DNA from: a virus
Direction: 5' to 3' (one strand)
IMG/VR virus record: IMGVR_UViG_3300048587_000705
Location: 1 to 64,000 of that record
Length of the DNA stretch: 64,000 nucleotides
Within the stretch, counting starts at the first letter, position 1, and each line of letters starts with the position of its first letter. The position numbers and the translations under genes are program-made. Below the pieces are notes generated by a model that ran no database searches, was not told the DNA's origin, and was given only the letters and a program-made list of their open reading frames with translations. This document shows, piece by piece, positions 1 through 9,206 of this stretch.

Positions 1-2
1 CA

Positions 3-251
3 ATAGGATTTCATTCCGACGAAGAGGTAAAAGCAAACGCAGAACTAATATGCGAAGCCTTTAACGTAGCCAACGAAACAGGGCTATCTCCAAGGCAAAT
101 GCAAGAAAGGATAAAGGAGTTGGAAGAATCTTTGAAAGGACTGTATGATTCAATTGATGATTATTACTCAAGTGTTAAATCATTAAGATTCGTCCATCAG
201 TTGCAAAACTTATATTTCTGCTTAACAGGAAAAGAACTAACCTTAACATAA
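3..251 (+). CDS. hypothetical phage protein, 5'-partial
   Basis: Open frame from the window edge ending ...FVHQLQNLYFCLTGKELTLT-TAA; this C-terminal motif is typical of flavobacterial phage proteins. Not in the ORF track. Confidence 0.7.
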   Translation: MGFHSDEEVKANAELICEAFNVANETGLSPRQMQERIKELEESLKGLYDSIDDYYSSVKSLRFVHQLQNLYFCLTGKELTLT

Positions 252-274
252 AACGCATTGAAAAAATACGTACT

Positions 275-400
275 ATGAAGAAATTGATATTTTTGGTACT
301 GTTGATTATCCTTTTTTCTTCCTGCGGCGCACAGAAACAGGACAGCGTAAAAGAAGCGGATTGGTATCCCTACGGTTGGGATTGGTTGTTGGTGCAATAG
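275..400 (+). CDS. small putative lipoprotein (41 aa)
   Basis: MKKLIFLVLLIILFSSC: basic N-terminus, hydrophobic core, lipobox Cys. Confidence 0.55.
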   Translation: MKKLIFLVLLIILFSSCGAQKQDSVKEADWYPYGWDWLLVQ

Positions 401-480
401 AAAAGACCCCTTTACAGAAAAGTATATGGAAGAAGGAGAAGTAAAAGAAATACAGAGAAACTTATAAAAGAGTTGAATAA

Positions 481-1656
481 ATGATTCTTGCAGAAAGACA
501 TATAATTAAAGAAACCGATAACAGGTTCGCAGAATTAGATAATTTGTGCTATTTATCTAAAAATCTGTATAACGCAGGTTTGTATGCTGTAAGACAATAC
601 TACTTCAATAACAATAAATTTTTAAGTTACGTAAGTAACGTATCAATAATGTCTGCCACAGACAATATTGATTATAGAGCGTTGCCATCTAAAGTATCTC
701 AACAGACTTTAAAATTAGTAGAACAAAATTTTAAATCCTTTTTTGGTAGTTTGAAAGCTAAGATTGGTAAAGTTAAAATACCTAAATATTTGACAAAAGA
801 CGGTAGGCAGGTTGTAGTGTATACTAATCAAGCTGTTTCTAAAAAGTGGTTAACTAAAGGTTTAATTAAACTTTCCAAGTGTGAAACACTAATTAAAACA
901 AATGTCAAAGATGTTAAACAAGTAAGAATAGTGCCCAAGGGAAATCATATTGTAGTTGAAGTTTTGTATGAAGCAGATGAGAAGATTCTGAAAGAAGATA
1001 ATGGAAGATATTGCTCTATTGATTTAGGATTGAATAATTTAGCTACAATAGGAAGTAATGTTATTAAACCTGTTATAGTGAATGGTAAACCCTTAAAATC
1101 AATAAATCAATATTATAATAAAAAATTAGCAAAATTAAAATCAAACTTAAACGGAAATAAAAAAACATCAAAGAGGATTAAGTCCCTAACTTTGAAAAGA
1201 AATAACAAGATTAAAGATTATTTGCACAAAGCAAGTCGGTTAATTATTAATCATTCAATTTTCAACAATATTAACACCTTAGTAATAGGTAAAAATGACG
1301 GGTGGAAAAAAGAAATAAGAATCGGTAAAAGGAATAATCAAAATTTTGTTCAAGTACCTCATACTACGTTCGTACAGATGTTGCAATATAAAGCTAAACT
1401 CGAAGGGATAAATGTGATACTTCAAGAAGAAAGTTATACTTCTAAATGCTCTTTTTTAGATAACGAAGATATTCGCAATCACGTGGAGTATAAAGGAAAA
1501 AGGGTCAAGCGTGGGTTATTCAGAACGAAGTTAAACAGGTTAATCAATGCCGACCTAAATGGGGCGTTGAATATCTTAAGAAAAGCAATCGGGGAATTTC
1601 AGTACTCGATAGAGGTGTGTAGTACGCCATTAGTTTCGACTATAAAACATAATTGA
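481..1656 (+). CDS. tnpB: RNA-guided endonuclease TnpB with rearranged RuvC site
   Basis: RuvC-I SIDLGLNNL; VIGKNDGWK where the canonical Glu would be; alternative Glu in QEESYTSK; RuvC-III INADLNGALNI. Confidence 0.92.
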   Translation: MILAERHIIKETDNRFAELDNLCYLSKNLYNAGLYAVRQYYFNNNKFLSYVSNVSIMSATDNIDYRALPSKVSQQTLKLVEQNFKSFFGSLKAKIGKVKIPKYLTKDGRQVVVYTNQAVSKKWLTKGLIKLSKCETLIKTNVKDVKQVRIVPKGNHIVVEVLYEADEKILKEDNGRYCSIDLGLNNLATIGSNVIKPVIVNGKPLKSINQYYNKKLAKLKSNLNGNKKTSKRIKSLTLKRNNKIKDYLHKASRLIINHSIFNNINTLVIGKNDGWKKEIRIGKRNNQNFVQVPHTTFVQMLQYKAKLEGINVILQEESYTSKCSFLDNEDIRNHVEYKGKRVKRGLFRTKLNRLINADLNGALNILRKAIGEFQYSIEVCSTPLVSTIKHN

Positions 1657-1705
1657 CGTTGTTTGACGTTTAATTATGTAACTATCCAACCGTTGTTACC
1701 TTCTT
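1560..1705 (+). ncRNA. putative omega-RNA of TnpB 481-1656 (boundaries approximate)
   Basis: Hairpin ACATAATTGACGT...ACGTTTAATTATGT at 1647-1679 after the gene end, then AACTAT; guide inferred to start near 1686. Confidence 0.45.
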
Positions 1706-1796
1706 TATAACCGTGTTCGAGAAATTCTTTTAATTCTTTAAAAGTGTAGTGATAGGTTGTTTTACCGTTCTTTTCTGTGTAGTTTTTTGGTTTCAT
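1674..1796 (-). pseudogene. small ORF (40 aa), probably truncated by the TnpB element end
   Basis: MKPKNYTEKN...NNGW|IVT-TAA; last codons and stop fall inside the element's terminal sequence. Confidence 0.45.
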
Positions 1797-1798
1797 AA

Positions 1799-2452
1799 TT
1801 AGTTTGTGTTTTTGTTATGGTGGCTCTTTTGTTGGAATGTCCTTCCTTTCATGTACCGTTCTATATCTTCCTGAGAAAATGGCCTATATTCCCCAAGTAT
1901 CTTTTTGGCGTTATCTATACCCACATCCATCCTTCTACCCTCGCCTTGGAAGCTACCATGGCAATGCCCGAAAAGTAGTATCCTGTTATGGTGCCCTTTA
2001 TTCCATATCTCCAATGGGAAATGGAAAAGGTTATAGGTCTGTTTTCCGTATTTACTCGATGATACGACAAGTTCAAGATAGCTATGTACCGATTCAAACA
2101 GCTCTTGGTGCTCTTTCTTGTTGGCTATATGCGAGTCATGGTTGCCTAATATGTAAATGATATTTTTACAGAGTACCCTTTCCCTGAACTTTTTTATATT
2201 CTCCTCCCCGCCAAAAGTAAAATCGCCCAAAAAAACTAACCAGTCATCCTGATCGACAGTGCTGTTTATACCTTTTAGTATACACTCGTTCATTTCCTCG
2301 ACGGTAGCAAAATCCCGGGTAGAGTCATGTCCTCCATGTTCTTTTAGGTCCCAAGTAGTCGTACCTCTACATATATTTTTGTGGTAACCGTGGAAATCAG
2401 AGCTAAAAAATACTTTTTGTTTTCCACTAAGAATTAATTTCCTGTATATCAT
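1799..2452 (-). CDS. calcineurin-like metallophosphoesterase
   Basis: SDFH, LGDF, GNHD, HFP and GHCH motifs. Confidence 0.9.
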   Translation of the reverse strand: MIYRKLILSGKQKVFFSSDFHGYHKNICRGTTTWDLKEHGGHDSTRDFATVEEMNECILKGINSTVDQDDWLVFLGDFTFGGEENIKKFRERVLCKNIIYILGNHDSHIANKKEHQELFESVHSYLELVVSSSKYGKQTYNLFHFPLEIWNKGHHNRILLFGHCHGSFQGEGRRMDVGIDNAKKILGEYRPFSQEDIERYMKGRTFQQKSHHNKNTN

Positions 2453-2929
2453 AATTAAATTTTAATCTGTTTTTGTTTAAAAATTCCCTTAAATCAATAT
2501 AAGAGTTATATTGTTTGATGATAATGTCCTCGTCGACTTTCCTGTTACGAGAGTTGTTCCGTATAAGTGCCTCTTTTAACGTGATGTTGAAGAAGATAAT
2601 CTCCTTGTCCGCTGGATAGTCGTTGAATCTGTTCAGATATTTTACTTTTAAGTGAGTGGCGTCGACTATAACATCCTTACCCTCTGCCAAAAACTTATAT
2701 ATATAAGGGATTCCTCTACATCGGACACTCGTTCCTCAAGTCTATTAAAGTCACTTCTAAAATAATATTCTTTAATATTCTGTTCTGTATATCCATACAA
2801 AAGTTCCCTTATTTTATCCCGGTTGACGCATATGTACCTGTCTGGATTATGTTGTACGGTGGTGGAAGCGAATGTTGATTTTCCACTGTTGGATATCCCG
2901 CACAATAATATTAATTTACCTTTAATCAT
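2427..2929 (-). pseudogene. polynucleotide kinase (AAA_33 type), split by a 2-nt frameshift
   Basis: P-loop GISNSGKST and NRD in 2666-2929; VIVDAT and RN..R in 2427-2690; removing one TA from the tract at 2696-2705 joins the two frames. Confidence 0.8.
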
Positions 2930-3539
2930 ATTTAAACTCTTTTATATTGTTCGTATCCACCACTATCTGAATAAGTTCCTGACCTTCTCTGAAATGTGGG
3001 TACATATCTATCTCACCTTTGTTTAACATATCGTTTAATCTACCCCTAAGATTATTTTGTTTTTTGTTCAGTGTCTCGGTTGATGGTAGGTAACAACCTG
3101 CGTAATTTTTATATAAAAGTTGTATTCCCCCTACCGTTGGTAGCTCTTTTTCCATAAGTTTTTCTGCCATATACATACTTCTCAGAGCGTGGAATTTCTT
3201 TTTATCGTTGTTACCATGTAATTTAAGGTCGCGCCGGGCAACCCCAAGATAACCTTTGATAACCTTGTACCCACTGCACAAAAACAAAGGCTCTTCAAAT
3301 CCCCCGCTTAAAAGTACCACATCTGCCACCATATTACCATCGCCGCTAAAAAGGTTGTAGTAAAACTGTCTCTCGGTCATAAGAACATATTGGGTATTGT
3401 TTTTATTATCATCAAACTGATATGAATGGATATTTGGTAAATAAATGGCTTTTGTATCAAAATAACTGTACAAATCGTTGCTCAATACGATTATATAATC
3501 AGAATCACTGTTTTGGTCCGCTATACCATGTAGTTGGGG
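2922..3539 (-). pseudogene. Pol-beta-superfamily nucleotidyltransferase lacking its N-terminus
   Basis: Frame extends upstream of the track start to PQLHGIADQNSDSDYII (G...SDxD motif) with no start codon; C-terminal KKFHALR. Confidence 0.65.
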
Positions 3540-3633
3540 ATCTGAAATAATTATCCGAAGAACCTAAACCTATATAAAATACCTCGTTGTCTGAAAGTTT
3601 TGTGTGTCTATAAATATAATAATTTTTTCCCAT
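3505..3633 (-). pseudogene. GIY-YIG homing endonuclease N-terminal fragment
   Basis: MGKNYYIYRHTKLSDNEVFYIGLG...R, stops after 42 aa. Confidence 0.65.
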
Positions 3634-3772
3634 AAATTGTTAAATAAAAACCCTCGCCAAAGAAGTTATAGTTTTTAAGACAAGGGGTGATAATTTCTTT
3701 AAAGATTTGTGTAACTGCAACTCACAAAACAAGACTAAAAATTTAATTTGAGCTTGGCAAATTTGTCAATTT

Positions 3773-5026
3773 CTATACAGCATAATAAAACACATTAGGA
3801 ATACCTTCCCCATTATCCTCAGTAATGACAAATCCACTCTGAGAGGTGTAACCCAAAGCCTCACTATAAAAATTTCCTGTAAAAAAACTTGGGCAGTTCA
3901 TTCTACGGTGGTCAACGGCATCGTCACGTACAGTCTGGAATTTTTCACGTTGTGATATGGACAGTTTTTCTATAATGGAGTGTAAATGTCCCTCACAAAT
4001 GAGATTAAAAGCGCCTTGTTCACCATAGTCCCAACATAATTGCTTTGTACTTCTTTTCGATATTACATGGTGCCCGTGGGTGAGTATGTGGCAAATACCG
4101 TCAACCTTGTGCTTTATTACAAGAGGATTGAATTCTACACTATATCCCATAAGTTCGAGGCCCCAACCAACAAGATTGGCCGCATCCCCCTGAACATCTT
4201 CTTTATTGTCAGAGGTTACCCTATCATGGTTCCCGGCTACTAACTTAATATCCCCAAGATTGTTTATCTTTTGCAGAAAATCTTTGTGTAATATTTTACA
4301 TGATAATTTTACCGCTTCCGCACCCACCATTGCCTTATCTAAACCTTTCCAAGAATTTTTATGGTTGGTTCCCGTGAAAGTCTCCAGAATATCACCAAGT
4401 ATGTGGATATGGACAAGTCGGTAATTTCTTTTATTTATCTCTTCCGCTGCCTTGTTTAACTTTTGGGCAAGAATGTTTATAGAAAACTCTTTAGTTCTTA
4501 TTAAGCCTTCTACATAGCTTCCTAAATGAAAATCTGCCACCTTGACTACTCCTGTTCCCGAACCCTCTTTGACTAAGGGTGAATATTTTATAACAGACAA
4601 CTCTTTTTCTATAAGAGATTTGAATTCTTCTTCTGTTACTTGTGATTCAACAACTGTTTCATAGAACGCAATGTTGAAATAAGGCACCCCAGTATGGCTG
4701 ACAAGTTTGTAACTTCTTATCTTATCTTGGTCAAGTCCATAATGTTCGCAATATTGTTCAATGGACATCAGTTTTCCATCAGGACCTATGGCGCTAAAAT
4801 GTGGTTGTTTATTTTTATCGTTTCCGTACTGATTGGTATCGGTTTCCGTACCATTATCCAAATCATTGTCAACGTTATTTGACAGTTTGTTCAGCTTGTT
4901 GCTAAAGGTCCTTCTAAGACTGTCTGAGTATTCTGTGCCCGTTTCTTGGCAATACTTCTTTGTTGCCTTTGTAATGTTGTCCTCCTGTTCGTAGAGTTCC
5001 TGTAATCTATCTAAGTTTATTTCCAT
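3773..5026 (-). CDS. metallophosphoesterase with N-terminal extension
   Basis: ADFH, LGD, GNHDR, HGH and GHLH motifs. Confidence 0.85.
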   Translation of the reverse strand: MEINLDRLQELYEQEDNITKATKKYCQETGTEYSDSLRRTFSNKLNKLSNNVDNDLDNGTETDTNQYGNDKNKQPHFSAIGPDGKLMSIEQYCEHYGLDQDKIRSYKLVSHTGVPYFNIAFYETVVESQVTEEEFKSLIEKELSVIKYSPLVKEGSGTGVVKVADFHLGSYVEGLIRTKEFSINILAQKLNKAAEEINKRNYRLVHIHILGDILETFTGTNHKNSWKGLDKAMVGAEAVKLSCKILHKDFLQKINNLGDIKLVAGNHDRVTSDNKEDVQGDAANLVGWGLELMGYSVEFNPLVIKHKVDGICHILTHGHHVISKRSTKQLCWDYGEQGAFNLICEGHLHSIIEKLSISQREKFQTVRDDAVDHRRMNCPSFFTGNFYSEALGYTSQSGFVITEDNGEGIPNVFYYAV

Positions 5027-5428
5027 TTATTGGGGTTTGGTTACTGTTTTTTCTGTTTTTGGTGCCGAGAACCCTTCCAATTTTTCCAGAAGTTCCTGTT
5101 CGTTTTTAAAAAGTTCTTCTTTGAGTTTCTGTCTCTCCGCGGAGATTTTATTTCTCACCATCTTTTTTAATCCCTCCACATATTCCAAGGTGAATTCCTT
5201 TTGGTACAAAAAGGCGTGGTTGGATATGGTGACGTTGCGGTGCTCTATTGATATGTACACCTTGTTCTTTTTGTCGAGTATCAGGTAGTCGTCCTCTGAT
5301 GTCCTTGGCGCGACTATGGCGTCCACATGGTCCACCGAACCATATTGGTCCATATATCCCTCTACTATACTTTTTACCTGTCTTTCCCTTTGCGAGGGTT
5401 CTTTTTTTATTGAAAATCTTTTGAACAT
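5027..5428 (-). CDS. hypothetical protein
   Basis: ORF abutting the downstream gene. Confidence 0.7.
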   Translation of the reverse strand: MFKRFSIKKEPSQRERQVKSIVEGYMDQYGSVDHVDAIVAPRTSEDDYLILDKKNKVYISIEHRNVTISNHAFLYQKEFTLEYVEGLKKMVRNKISAERQKLKEELFKNEQELLEKLEGFSAPKTEKTVTKPQ

Positions 5429-5569
5429 TTTTTAGTTTTATGTGTCAATAACCCGTTGACGTGTCGGTTTTTATCGTTCAATTGTCATTTTTGGTTGCTA
5501 TAAAAGCATAAATTATCGCGGCGAGGATTATAGTGGAAAAACCCGCCACAAGAAAAATATCTATCCAAG

Positions 5570-5797
5570 TCATTCCTTAGGTCTCCTTTTTGGCATTATC
5601 TGGAATATCCCGGCAAGCAAAAAGCTCAGTGTGGCCAGAAACACCAAAACAATAGTTGGAAACCATATGGGAACGAATACCCACACCCACAGACAGTCTA
5701 TGACGCCCGTAATCTTAAAAATGACAAGTGTGCAGAATACAAGCCCCATAACAAGGAGCTCAATGTTTTTTTCTTTTAATAACCTTTTCATGTTCAT
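5570..5797 (-). CDS. small membrane protein
   Basis: Two hydrophobic segments; KITGVID.LWVWVFVPIW motif common in phages. Confidence 0.7.
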   Translation of the reverse strand: MNMKRLLKEKNIELLVMGLVFCTLVIFKITGVIDCLWVWVFVPIWFPTIVLVFLATLSFLLAGIFQIMPKRRPKE

Positions 5798-5810
5798 TTA
5801 GATTTGGGGG

Positions 5811-5842
5811 CAAAGGTACGTTTTTTTGCGTACTCGGGCAAA
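5811..5842 (-). promoter_or_regulatory. Bacteroidota primary-sigma promoter
   Basis: TTTG-N20-TACCTTTG matches the -33/-7 consensus. Confidence 0.75.
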
Positions 5843-5851
5843 TTTGTCAAT

Positions 5852-6532
5852 TTACCGTAGAAAGTGGGGGATAAAATCTCCTTGGCAACATCCTACGACA
5901 GGAAGTAATAAATCCCCTTTTTGATCTGGTGAGCCTAATTTTGTCAATTTTTGGTGCCACATTTTGTCCGTTGCTTTTGATGGTTCTACCAGTACATGGT
6001 ACCCGCCCCTTGTCTTGATAATATCGAAACATTCTTTGTTGCCAGTGGATTCAAAAGCTATATCCTTTATATGTCGGTCGTAGTGGGGGTTTGGTATATC
6101 AAAATCAAAATCCACCCTAAAAGTCCTGCTTTTGCTAACCTGAATAGCGTTCAACGATACGGAGTGCGGATTTTGGTACCTATCTTTCCCTATATTGTCT
6201 GCAATCATCTTTAATGTAGCGATTGAAGCTTTTTTAAAGCACCTTGGGTTTGGGTTTATGTATAGGGCAATACTCTCCTCTGGAACCTCTGTGCCGTCTA
6301 TTTCATAACTCCCCAAAGGAACCTCCAATTTTTGTATTTTCTTGAACAACCTATCCTTTGTGGACGTACCCCTTTTGAGCTGCGCCTTGTCCGATTTCAA
6401 TATATTTGTCGAATCATACTTCGAGCGCGCAAAAAGTGAATAGTAAAATTGCTCCGAATCTTTAAGGTTGGGAAGCCAATCTATAAACTCCAATAACTTT
6501 TCTTTGTCCCGTATTATTTTATAAGTACTCAT
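5852..6532 (-). CDS. hypothetical protein, possible AEP (primase-polymerase) fold
   Basis: RVDFDFD, then KTRGGYH, then a distal GD. Confidence 0.6.
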   Translation of the reverse strand: MSTYKIIRDKEKLLEFIDWLPNLKDSEQFYYSLFARSKYDSTNILKSDKAQLKRGTSTKDRLFKKIQKLEVPLGSYEIDGTEVPEESIALYINPNPRCFKKASIATLKMIADNIGKDRYQNPHSVSLNAIQVSKSRTFRVDFDFDIPNPHYDRHIKDIAFESTGNKECFDIIKTRGGYHVLVEPSKATDKMWHQKLTKLGSPDQKGDLLLPVVGCCQGDFIPHFLR

Positions 6533-7637
6533 TTTTTCTTATTTTAAGTTCAATGTTATATATAAAATCTTTATCCACAGATTGTTGCAGATCAGATTTA
6601 TCGTAAAGCTCTTTTAGTTGTTCCGCTTTTTGTGACCACTCGGCTATTATATTTTTTAGGTCTACTTTACCGTTTTTTATATTCAACAGATAATTTCTTT
6701 CCTTTGTCCTATCTACATTTATTTTTTTCTGTACGGGTATTTCCTGTGCCGTCATAATAAGCCTAACAGTGTGGAGGATGTTTTTTCCATCATAATCCTG
6801 ACCATGTTTTTTATTTGTAGCGACCCTATTCTCGTTCCTGTTTTTTAACCATTTTTGGTACTCCCGATACTCTTTACAATGGGAAGAATATTCCTCCCTA
6901 TTCCAGTACATAATACCTTTCCAATCATTGTTTCGGTATTTTTCTATGATAGATGTACGTGGCTCATTGGTATCTACGTCACCTATCCCCCGATATTGTC
7001 TGTCCTCTGACCTTATATTGTCAAATCTATGGTTATCATTTGCCCATTTTATATCGTCGGTATAGAGTTTATAACAATCTCGGAAACTGTCTATTGATGT
7101 AAGCCCTACTTGGGACTGGTCGTAGCCATTGTTTTTTAACCAATCTTTTACTTTAAAGGTTTTTCCCGTATCCCTGTCCACGATCTTTGAAAAATCAATT
7201 ATGTCCTTTCTTTCGGTGCGGGATTTCTCAAAATTGAATTTCTTGTTGAGCCCGGATGCCTTTTTTAGCTGTGTTCGGGCATACCCAGAAAATGTTCCAT
7301 AACACTCCTTTGACAGAAAGTCTTCTTTAAAAGAGCTTATGTACTGCCATTCAGGTGATGTATTCAATATACAGTGGTCGGGCAGGTATAAAAGTTCAAG
7401 TACATTTGGGTTTCCTACCGACACGAGTTCCAAAAAACGTCTCAATTCGTAATAAACCGTATCACTATCCTCATCTATTTGCGGTATGTACTTATTGGAA
7501 AGTATGTCCTTGTTGGATTGAAGAAAAACACCTTTTATATCCACATCTGATACAGTAGTAGATAACCCATAAGCTTGGCTACCGACTATACCACTAAACA
7601 ATATTTTACTACCCTGTGGTAATTTGTTTACTTCCAT
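6519..7637 (-). CDS. Pol-beta-superfamily nucleotidyltransferase (RlaP/NrdC.11-like)
   Basis: GSQAYGLST..SDVDIKGVF, GNPNVLELL, YDGKNILHTVRL. Confidence 0.9.
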   Translation of the reverse strand: MEVNKLPQGSKILFSGIVGSQAYGLSTTVSDVDIKGVFLQSNKDILSNKYIPQIDEDSDTVYYELRRFLELVSVGNPNVLELLYLPDHCILNTSPEWQYISSFKEDFLSKECYGTFSGYARTQLKKASGLNKKFNFEKSRTERKDIIDFSKIVDRDTGKTFKVKDWLKNNGYDQSQVGLTSIDSFRDCYKLYTDDIKWANDNHRFDNIRSEDRQYRGIGDVDTNEPRTSIIEKYRNNDWKGIMYWNREEYSSHCKEYREYQKWLKNRNENRVATNKKHGQDYDGKNILHTVRLIMTAQEIPVQKKINVDRTKERNYLLNIKNGKVDLKNIIAEWSQKAEQLKELYDKSDLQQSVDKDFIYNIELKIRKNEYL

Positions 7638-8173
7638 TCTATCCTCGTGCAGTATTTGTTATAAAAATCCTTTATTCCCTGCGAAGCTACGGAAGGTTTT
7701 TTGTATCTTATACCCCTGTATTTAAAATAATTAAATAATCCACCTACGCCGACTATCAAAAAACCTAAAATGGTAATAAGTGCTGGCCAAAACAACCAAA
7801 CTGAAATATATACATACCAAGGTGTTGTATGTAACATAGTCCCATTATCATTAATATATCCTAATGTGCCCAAACCTGCAATTTCTGACATAAAAATTAA
7901 AAAGGTAAAAAGAGAGCTGTATCCTATAAATATCAAACCATTTCCCTCAAAATGATCCTCCCTTATTTCTATAAAAGGTTCTTTAAACTTACCGAACACC
8001 CATATCAAGATACACAACAGTATAAAAAGAGGTGATAAAATTATTGTAAAAAATCCCATTATTCCGCCCCAAAAAAGAGGGCATATCGTGTTCGGCAAAG
8101 ATTCTGCCTTTCCTGTCCACATCCTGTACAGGAACAGCCATATGTTGTTTTTAATTTTCAGTTCCATAACCAT
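7628..8173 (-). CDS. membrane protein
   Basis: About three hydrophobic helices. Confidence 0.7.
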   Translation of the reverse strand: MVMELKIKNNIWLFLYRMWTGKAESLPNTICPLFWGGIMGFFTIILSPLFILLCILIWVFGKFKEPFIEIREDHFEGNGLIFIGYSSLFTFLIFMSEIAGLGTLGYINDNGTMLHTTPWYVYISVWLFWPALITILGFLIVGVGGLFNYFKYRGIRYKKPSVASQGIKDFYNKYCTRIEWK

Positions 8174-8423
8174 CTTCTTTTAAATCTTCAAATATTAATT
8201 TTAATTGTTTTTTCGCATATTGTCCTATTTTCCTTGCCGAACCATATTGACTGTTCGAATGTGTTTGGGCAATATAGTTTACGTCGTACAACAGTTCGCT
8301 CAGTATGTTAAACATCTTTTCCAAGTTCTCCATACGCTCCCTATCAACGGACGCGTCGGCAACGGGGTCTATGCTTCCCACAAGACTCCTTATAACCTCT
8401 ACTATAGTTCTGTAATCTTTCAT
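8151..8423 (-). CDS. hypothetical protein
   Basis: Tightly packed ORF. Confidence 0.65.
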   Translation of the reverse strand: MKDYRTIVEVIRSLVGSIDPVADASVDRERMENLEKMFNILSELLYDVNYIAQTHSNSQYGSARKIGQYAKKQLKLIFEDLKEDGYGTEN

Positions 8424-8428
8424 AATTT

Positions 8429-9073
8429 TTAGTTTAATTTTTTGATTATTTTTATTGAGTTGTTTGTTATTTTTGGTTTTGGATTATCTAATGACTTATC
8501 TGGTTGGTCATAAATAGTAGATTCTTTCCAATATTCCATCTGAACCTCAATATCAAATACTTTAGGTTGTGATTGTAACAGCTCTTTTCTTCTTTCCACT
8601 AATTCATCAAATGTTATAGAATCCCTCGAAGTTTCCCAATATTTTTGTCCAGCAAACCAAATTAACTTAGCTTCTTCCAAACTAAACTTCTTCTCATTAA
8701 GAGATTGTGCTTTTTTGAAGCCTTCAATAAAACCATCTTCTATTCCTTCATAAGTTTCCTTTAAAGTGTATTCTCTTTTGAAGTTTCTATACTTAGTTTT
8801 ATCTAATTCTTTAGCTAATTTATTGATATCAACCCATCCAAACTCTTCTTCAAGACCATTCCAATCTATTGATGGCAGACCTTCAATTCCTGCTATGATT
8901 TTCTTACGCCATCTATTAGGTTTAATAGGTACATCTTTATCACAAATAGAAATTTCAAACTCATCAGTACCATCTTCTCTAAAAGTAATATTCGTAATAG
9001 TCCAATCTCCTTTATTTATCACTTCATCAGAGACAATAATAGGTGTCTCCAACATTATCAATTGTGTTTTCAT
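8429..9073 (-). CDS. hypothetical protein
   Basis: AT-rich 214-aa ORF downstream of a promoter. Confidence 0.7.
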   Translation of the reverse strand: MKTQLIMLETPIIVSDEVINKGDWTITNITFREDGTDEFEISICDKDVPIKPNRWRKKIIAGIEGLPSIDWNGLEEEFGWVDINKLAKELDKTKYRNFKREYTLKETYEGIEDGFIEGFKKAQSLNEKKFSLEEAKLIWFAGQKYWETSRDSITFDELVERRKELLQSQPKVFDIEVQMEYWKESTIYDQPDKSLDNPKPKITNNSIKIIKKLN

Positions 9074-9152
9074 ATTTTATAAGTTTTAATTATCCGCCGC
9101 ATAAAGAAAAAAGGTGAAAAAACACCCCTAAAAACAGCATCTTTTCTCCCTA

Positions 9153-9184
9153 CAAAGATACACCTTTAAAAAGGAACGTACAAG
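9153..9184 (-). promoter_or_regulatory. Bacteroidota-type promoter
   Basis: CTTG-N20-TATCTTTG. Confidence 0.7.
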
Positions 9185-9206
9185 TTTATTGTGAAAAGTT
9201 TAACTT

